In this document: positions 59,383 through 64,000 of the stretch, piece by piece
Numbering within the stretch: the stretch's first letter is position 1
Layout of the letters: every line of letters starts with the position of its first letter
NCBI GenBank assembly: GCA_001768565.1
Contig: MEOE01000014.1
Coordinates: 82,267-146,266, forward strand
DNA length: 64,000 bases
Source: Bacteroidetes bacterium GWF2_33_16
GTDB lineage: Bacteria; Bacteroidota; Bacteroidia; Bacteroidales; UBA12077
Direction: 5' to 3'
The notes under the pieces: model-generated
The model's database searches: none
What the model was told of the DNA's origin: nothing
Seen by the model: the letters and a program-made list of their open reading frames with translations, nothing else
Position numbers and translations under genes: made by a program

Positions 59383-60366
59383 TTGCTCAGAAAAACGCGT
59401 TGGATAAAATTTTTAATTGGTTTTATAATTATAGCTATTTTAGTTTGGTCTATTGATATAAATCTTTTATCTGCCTTTAAATCAATTAAGTATTTATATT
59501 TTTTAGGCTTTGCACTAATTATTCCCTTGATTATTAATCCAATAATCAGTAATAACAGATGGAAAATATTTTTAAAAGTTCAGGGGATTGATGAACATTT
59601 TTTTTCCCTTGTTAAAATTAATTTTGTGTCTGTTTTCTTTGGAATTTTATTACCATCATCAACGGGTTTTGATGCAATAAGAATATATATAATTGAAAAA
59701 AGAAATAAAAAACAAAAAGGTGGAGGAGGAGCATCTGTAGTTATTGAACGTTTGCTCGGATTTTATATTTTATCAGTAATAGGGATAATTGGCTCAATAT
59801 TTGCCTTAAAACATCAATTATCAAAGGATTTACTATTTAGTATCATAGCAATTAATATCTGTATTACTTTGGTTTTTATAATCTTTAAAAATCAATTTTT
59901 ATTTCATAAAATAAACATTCTATTTTCAAAAGTAAAAAGGTTTAAACGATTAAATAATTATTTAAGTTTATTATATAGTTCACTCAATAGTTTTCCTTTA
60001 AAGAATGTTCTTTTATCTACCATACCATTAATTTTATTATTTCAATTTTCAAGTATAATTTGTGGATTTTTAATATTTAAGGCATTTAATGTTAATATAC
60101 CTTTTTTTTATCATTTAGCTTTTTTGCCTTTAATTAGTATTATTTCAATTATTCCAGTATCTATTTCTGGTTTCGGATTGCGTGAAGGTGGATTTGTGTA
60201 TTTTTATGGCCTACTTGGTATTGATGGGAATATTTGTTTTCTTTCATCATTAATTTATTATTTTATTCTGATGATTATTCCTGCAATTATTGGATTTTTA
60301 ATATATGTATTTGGGCCTGATCAATTTAAAATTATTAAAAACGAATTAGATAAAAAAAATGATTGA
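59383..60366 (+). CDS. Polytopic membrane protein, flippase-like / LPG-synthase-TM (UPF0104)-like
   Basis: ~8 TM helices with cytoplasmic basic loops. Family assignment comes from architecture and its pairing with a GT2 gene, not from a strong motif. TTG start. Confidence 0.5.
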   Translation: MLRKTRWIKFLIGFIIIAILVWSIDINLLSAFKSIKYLYFLGFALIIPLIINPIISNNRWKIFLKVQGIDEHFFSLVKINFVSVFFGILLPSSTGFDAIRIYIIEKRNKKQKGGGGASVVIERLLGFYILSVIGIIGSIFALKHQLSKDLLFSIIAINICITLVFIIFKNQFLFHKINILFSKVKRFKRLNNYLSLLYSSLNSFPLKNVLLSTIPLILLFQFSSIICGFLIFKAFNVNIPFFYHLAFLPLISIISIIPVSISGFGLREGGFVYFYGLLGIDGNICFLSSLIYYFILMIIPAIIGFLIYVFGPDQFKIIKNELDKKND

Positions 60367-61300
60367 TAGTAAAGTAAATACAGATTTTTTAAGTATTATA
60401 ATACCTGTATATAATGATTATGAAGTACTAGATGAGTTATATAATAGATTAGTACAGGTGATACCTGAATTATGTAATAAATATGAAATTATTTTAATTG
60501 ACGATGGCAGTAAAGATAATTCATGGAGTAAAATAAAAGAATTAAAAAACAAAAATGGTAATATCGTTGGTATAAAACTAATCAGAAATTTTGGACAACA
60601 TAATGCTATTAGCGCTGGTTTGAATAATGTTTCTGGAGATCTTGTAGTTTTAATGGATTCAGATTTACAAGATAAACCTGAAGATATTTCTAAACTTATA
60701 GATGCTCTTATTCAAAATGATTCATCAATGTGTATTGCCAAATGGAAAAGTAGAAAAGATACCTTTTCTAAGAAATTAGTATCCCGTTTATTTCATATAA
60801 TAACTACTCGAATTACAAAACTTCGACATGAACCGAATCTCGGTGTTTTTAGAGTTATTAGAAAAGAACTTGTTAATGAATTGGCCAAATATAATGAAAA
60901 AACAGCAACTTCCTTAAGTTTGCTGTATTGGATTGGGGCTGATTATGTTACAGTTGATCTAGATAGAGATGAAAGGTTTGCCGGCAAAAGTGGGTATTCA
61001 ATTAGAAAAATGATTAAGCTTACTTTAGATAGGATTTTTTCTTTCTCAATGTTTCCTATCAGACTTGCAATTTTTTCCGGAATAAGTATTTCTTTAATTA
61101 GTTTTGTAATTGCTATTGTTTTAATAATTAAAAGATTAAATGGAATAGTTGCGCCTGGATGGACTTCTTTGGCAGTTTTGATTTTATTCCTCTTTGGGCT
61201 AACATTTCTTTTTCTTGGTGTAATAGGTGAATACTTGGGAAGAATATTTCTTGAATCTAAACAACGTCCAAATTATATAATTAAAAAAATTTTAAAGTAA
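60359..61300 (+). CDS. GT2 polyprenyl-phosphate glycosyltransferase (ArnC/GtrB/DPM1-like, two C-terminal TM helices)
   Basis: SIIIPVYND, LIDDGSKDNS, RNFGQHNAISAGL and MDSDLQD motifs plus two C-terminal TM helices. Overlaps the upstream gene by 8 nt. Confidence 0.85.
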   Translation: MIDSKVNTDFLSIIIPVYNDYEVLDELYNRLVQVIPELCNKYEIILIDDGSKDNSWSKIKELKNKNGNIVGIKLIRNFGQHNAISAGLNNVSGDLVVLMDSDLQDKPEDISKLIDALIQNDSSMCIAKWKSRKDTFSKKLVSRLFHIITTRITKLRHEPNLGVFRVIRKELVNELAKYNEKTATSLSLLYWIGADYVTVDLDRDERFAGKSGYSIRKMIKLTLDRIFSFSMFPIRLAIFSGISISLISFVIAIVLIIKRLNGIVAPGWTSLAVLILFLFGLTFLFLGVIGEYLGRIFLESKQRPNYIIKKILK

Positions 61301-61353
61301 TCTGAGGATTATTAATTTATAGTATTTAATATTTGAGATTTATATAAAAGCTA

Positions 61354-62490
61354 ATGATTTCATTCAATAAACCATATCTTACAGGGAAAGAAGTACATTA
61401 TATTTATCAGGCTGTTAATTCGATGAAACTTTCAGGAAATGGTGTTTATACAAAGAAATGTCACGATTTTTTCGAAAAAAAGTATGGTTTTAAAAAGTGT
61501 TTGCTTACTACAAGTTGCACTGATGCATTAGAAATGGCATCAATATTAATTGATATAAAAGAAGGTGACGAAGTAATTATACCCTCATATACTTTTGTAT
61601 CAACAGCAAATCCTTTTGTAATGCGTGGTGCTAAAATAATATTTGCAGATAGTGAAGTAGATACACCAAATATTGATGCAACTAAAATTGAAGATCTTAT
61701 TACTCCAAAAACAAAGGCAATAATTGTAGTTCATTATGCAGGCATTGCCTGCAATATGGATTTAATAATGGCATTGGCAGAAAAATATAAGCTTTTTGTT
61801 GTCGAAGATGCAGCACAAAGTATAGATAGCTATTACAAAGGAAAACCACTTGGCAGCATTGGTCATTTAGGTTGTTTTTCATTCCACGAAACCAAGAATA
61901 TTATTTCTGGAGAGGGAGGTATGTTAACAATTAATGATGAAAGATTCTTGAAAAGAGCTGAAATTATTTGGGAAAAAGGAACCAATCGTGCAGAATTTTT
62001 TAGAGGCGAAGTTAATAAATATGGCTGGGTCGATATTGGATCTTCCTTTTTACCATCAGAACTGATAGCTGCTTTTTTATATGCCCAACTTGAAAATATT
62101 GAAGATATTCAAAATCAACGAAAAAAAAATTGGAATGAATATTATTCTAATTTAAAAAATTTGGAGGATAAAGGATATTTTAAATTATTGAGCATACCTG
62201 AATATGCTACAAATAATGCGCATATGTTTTGTATTATTGTAAAAAATGCTTTAACTAAAGATAAATTATTAGCTTATTTAAAAAAGAATGATATCGGAGC
62301 AGTATTTCATTATCTTTCATTACATAAATCTGATTTTTATAAATTAAAACATGATTCCAGAGAGTTATTAATGAGTGATTTTTATACAGATTGTTTAATA
62401 AGATTACCTTTATTTTATGAATTGACACTTTTAGAAATAACTTTTATTTGTGATACTATTAAACTTTTCTTTAACAATGAGATTAAATAA
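61354..62490 (+). CDS. wecE: dTDP-4-amino-4,6-dideoxygalactose transaminase (WecE/RffA-like)
   Basis: Extended similarity to E. coli WecE as I recall it (PSYTFVSTAN, VHYAGIAC, LFVVEDAAQ, GCFSFHETKN, EKGTNR..FFRG.V.KY.W.DIGSS, NAHMF, VFHY, LRLPLFY). Confidence 0.85.
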   Translation: MISFNKPYLTGKEVHYIYQAVNSMKLSGNGVYTKKCHDFFEKKYGFKKCLLTTSCTDALEMASILIDIKEGDEVIIPSYTFVSTANPFVMRGAKIIFADSEVDTPNIDATKIEDLITPKTKAIIVVHYAGIACNMDLIMALAEKYKLFVVEDAAQSIDSYYKGKPLGSIGHLGCFSFHETKNIISGEGGMLTINDERFLKRAEIIWEKGTNRAEFFRGEVNKYGWVDIGSSFLPSELIAAFLYAQLENIEDIQNQRKKNWNEYYSNLKNLEDKGYFKLLSIPEYATNNAHMFCIIVKNALTKDKLLAYLKKNDIGAVFHYLSLHKSDFYKLKHDSRELLMSDFYTDCLIRLPLFYELTLLEITFICDTIKLFFNNEIK

Positions 62491-64000
62491 TTCGAATATC
62501 TTAAGATACTTAAATAGCAATCTTTTACTAACATCCGTTTTAATAAATCTAATTTTATTTATTATTGTTTATACATTGTTTATTCCTGTATATAATACTA
62601 ATGATGATGTGGCAATGATGTTTATTGTGTCTGGAGTAAGAAACTTTACCCAGCCATCTGAGTTTATGATATTTTCAAATATATTTATTGGTTATATCTT
62701 AAAAATATTATACAACATTTACAATAACTTTATTTGGTACGAACTTTATCTTATATTTTGCTTATTCATCTCTCATGTCGCAATCCTGTATGTTTTAATT
62801 TGCCGGTCGATAAGTAAAAAAATTACTATATTGTCTTATTTGCTATATTTTTTATTAATAGGAATTGTATTATTATTAAATCTACAATTTACCATAATTG
62901 CAACATTCATAACAATTGCAGGAGCAGTACTAATAGTATTTAATTCAGATTCCAAGCCTATAACTTTACAATTAATTACTGGTATATTGTTCATTGTATT
63001 AGGAAGTCTTATTCGATTTAAATCTTGTTATTTGGGATTACTGGTTTTCTTTCCTCTTTTTTGTTATTTTATTTATGTTAACTATAAAAGGTTTTTCTCT
63101 AAAAGAAACATTAAAATATACTCATCTTTTTTCATTGCTATTACTTTAAGTTTTTTATTTTTTAAAGCAGATAGATATTTATATTCAAAATCAAATAATT
63201 ACGAAAAACAATTTTATGAGTTTAATCGCTTAAGAAGTAATATTATTGATTACAAAGTATTGGAATTGAATTCTGATTCTAATAAACAAAAAATATTAAC
63301 TTCAATAAATTGGTCTGAAAATGATTATTTCATGCTTTCCAGATGGTTTTTCTTTGATGAGAATAAGTATAGTATTAACAACCTTAAAAAAATTGTAGAA
63401 GATAAAAATCAAAAACAAAGAATATCTACTTTTAAAATAATTGAATCAATAAAATGGTGTTCCTCGTTATTTAATAAAGAAATAATTATATTTTCAGTTT
63501 CGATCACTCTTTTCTTTATCGTTTTATTTGATCTAAAAAAGAAAGAATTGTTTTTTGTTCTACTATATTATATATTCAATTTATTATTGCTTATTCTAAT
63601 ATATATATTCACTAAAGCACCTCCATTCAGAGTATATATAACCATATTTGGATTTTCTACTTTGATCCCTTTAATTTTAAACAAAAAAAATGATGTTATC
63701 AAAGGGGTCGATAATTATAGTAATATAATAAATGGTCTTAAATATTTCAATTGGAAAAAAAGCACTAGCGTTTTCCGTAATCTCTTTTTAATCATTAATA
63801 TTGCATTTTTTTTAAAGTTCGCTATAGCCTGTTGTTTTATTAATTGGCAAAACTCTCGCATTATTAGCGAGAAGAATAAACAATTTAAGAAGAAAATAGA
63901 AACATTATCAAATTTGAATAAAAAATATGTTAACTGGAATGCTATACCCTGGGAACAGATGCCTGTATTTGAATCAAAAAAATTCTTAAATAGTATTAAT
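62477..64000 (+). CDS. Polytopic membrane protein, 3'-truncated by the window end; candidate GT-C-type glycosyltransferase
   Basis: Not in the supplied ORF track. I translated it codon by codon from ATG 62477, which overlaps the wecE stop by 14 nt, and found 508 sense codons with no stop up to nt 64000. It has ~9 hydrophobic helices. An acidic DD pair (nt 62603-62608, PVYNTNDDVAMM) follows TM1. Confidence 0.7.
   Translation, partial: MRLNNSNILRYLNSNLLLTSVLINLILFIIVYTLFIPVYNTNDDVAMMFIVSGVRNFTQPSEFMIFSNIFIGYILKILYNIYNNFIWYELYLIFCLFISHVAILYVLICRSISKKITILSYLLYFLLIGIVLLLNLQFTIIATFITIAGAVLIVFNSDSKPITLQLITGILFIVLGSLIRFKSCYLGLLVFFPLFCYFIYVNYKRFFSKRNIKIYSSFFIAITLSFLFFKADRYLYSKSNNYEKQFYEFNRLRSNIIDYKVLELNSDSNKQKILTSINWSENDYFMLSRWFFFDENKYSINNLKKIVEDKNQKQRISTFKIIESIKWCSSLFNKEIIIFSVSITLFFIVLFDLKKKELFFVLLYYIFNLLLLILIYIFTKAPPFRVYITIFGFSTLIPLILNKKNDVIKGVDNYSNIINGLKYFNWKKSTSVFRNLFLIINIAFFLKFAIACCFINWQNSRIISEKNKQFKKKIETLSNLNKKYVNWNAIPWEQMPVFESKKFLNSIN

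Noticed and set aside
1345-61882. Roughly 45 short ORFs (60-144 aa) in the supplied track that lie antisense to, or out of frame within, long well-supported genes. Examples: 1345..1614, 5546..5881, 10697..10885, 13882..14115, 16625..16843, 24423..24857, 28459..28801, 47704..48286, 48917..49156, 61700..61882.
   Set aside because: Each is fully embedded in a longer ORF with clear family motifs. Their translations are low-complexity or hydrophobic strings without motifs, and such shadow ORFs are expected in AT-rich DNA.
1-64000. Search for mobile elements, CRISPR arrays, defence systems, toxin-antitoxin pairs, and tRNA or rRNA genes.
   Set aside because: I found no transposase, integrase or recombinase motifs and no regularly spaced direct repeats. 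I also found no tRNA-like cloverleaf candidates in the intergenic gaps and no nuclease/ATPase gene pairs typical of defence islands. Absence is judged by eye only.

Overview
AT-rich bacterial chromosomal window with about 55 genes. Gene content (LysM-PBP fusion, TonB-dependent receptor, ECF sigma/anti-sigma/DUF4097 triad, M1/M23/M28 peptidases), the near absence of Shine-Dalgarno sequences and a few TAnnTTTG promoter-like motifs suggest Bacteroidota, probably an anaerobe; this is inference only. I saw no rRNA, tRNA, CRISPR array, transposase, integrase or phage gene. Layout: (1) 0-6.6 kb, NuoE-like plus NuoF/HydB-like subunits, a 1245-aa 2Fe-2S/GltD/NuoG-like fusion and a ferritin-like protein, which looks like a flavin-based electron-bifurcating (Bfu/Stn-type) module. 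(2) 6.7-12.9 kb, LysM-PBP protein, small ORF, M1 aminopeptidase, REC and a Crp/Fnr regulator. (3) 13.0-28.8 kb, a complete che-type chemosensory cluster: REC, a 593-aa helical unknown, STAS, CheY, CheA, CheW, three MCPs, an embedded beta-barrel, CheR, a histidine-kinase-like protein whose H-box His is Asn, CheD and CheB. This is the most unusual content for a presumably non-flagellated phylum. (4) 28.9-36.6 kb, an output-less GAF-PAS sensor, a TPR histidine kinase, a 5'-nucleotidase and an alkaline phosphatase. (5) 36.7-41.5 kb, the ECF triad (minus strand) divergent from a TonB receptor and a tiny acidic lipoprotein. (6) 41.5-45.9 kb, a membrane protein and M28 and M23 peptidases. (7) 46.0-48.5 kb, coiled-coil protein, ZapA, a structured ~200-nt ncRNA (probable 6S RNA) and RNase Y. 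(8) 48.5-64.0 kb, a polysaccharide locus: a WbpA/B/D/E-like diacetamido-uronate set, an epimerase, a 650-bp ORF-free structured gap and Ugd. It ends in a very AT-rich module (WbqC, LpxD-like acyltransferase, unknown, KAS III, ACP, flippase-like protein, ArnC-like GT2, WecE) plus an ORF missing from the supplied track (62477 to window end), a polytopic GT-C-like membrane protein. All functional calls come from reading motifs in the translations; no database search was run.
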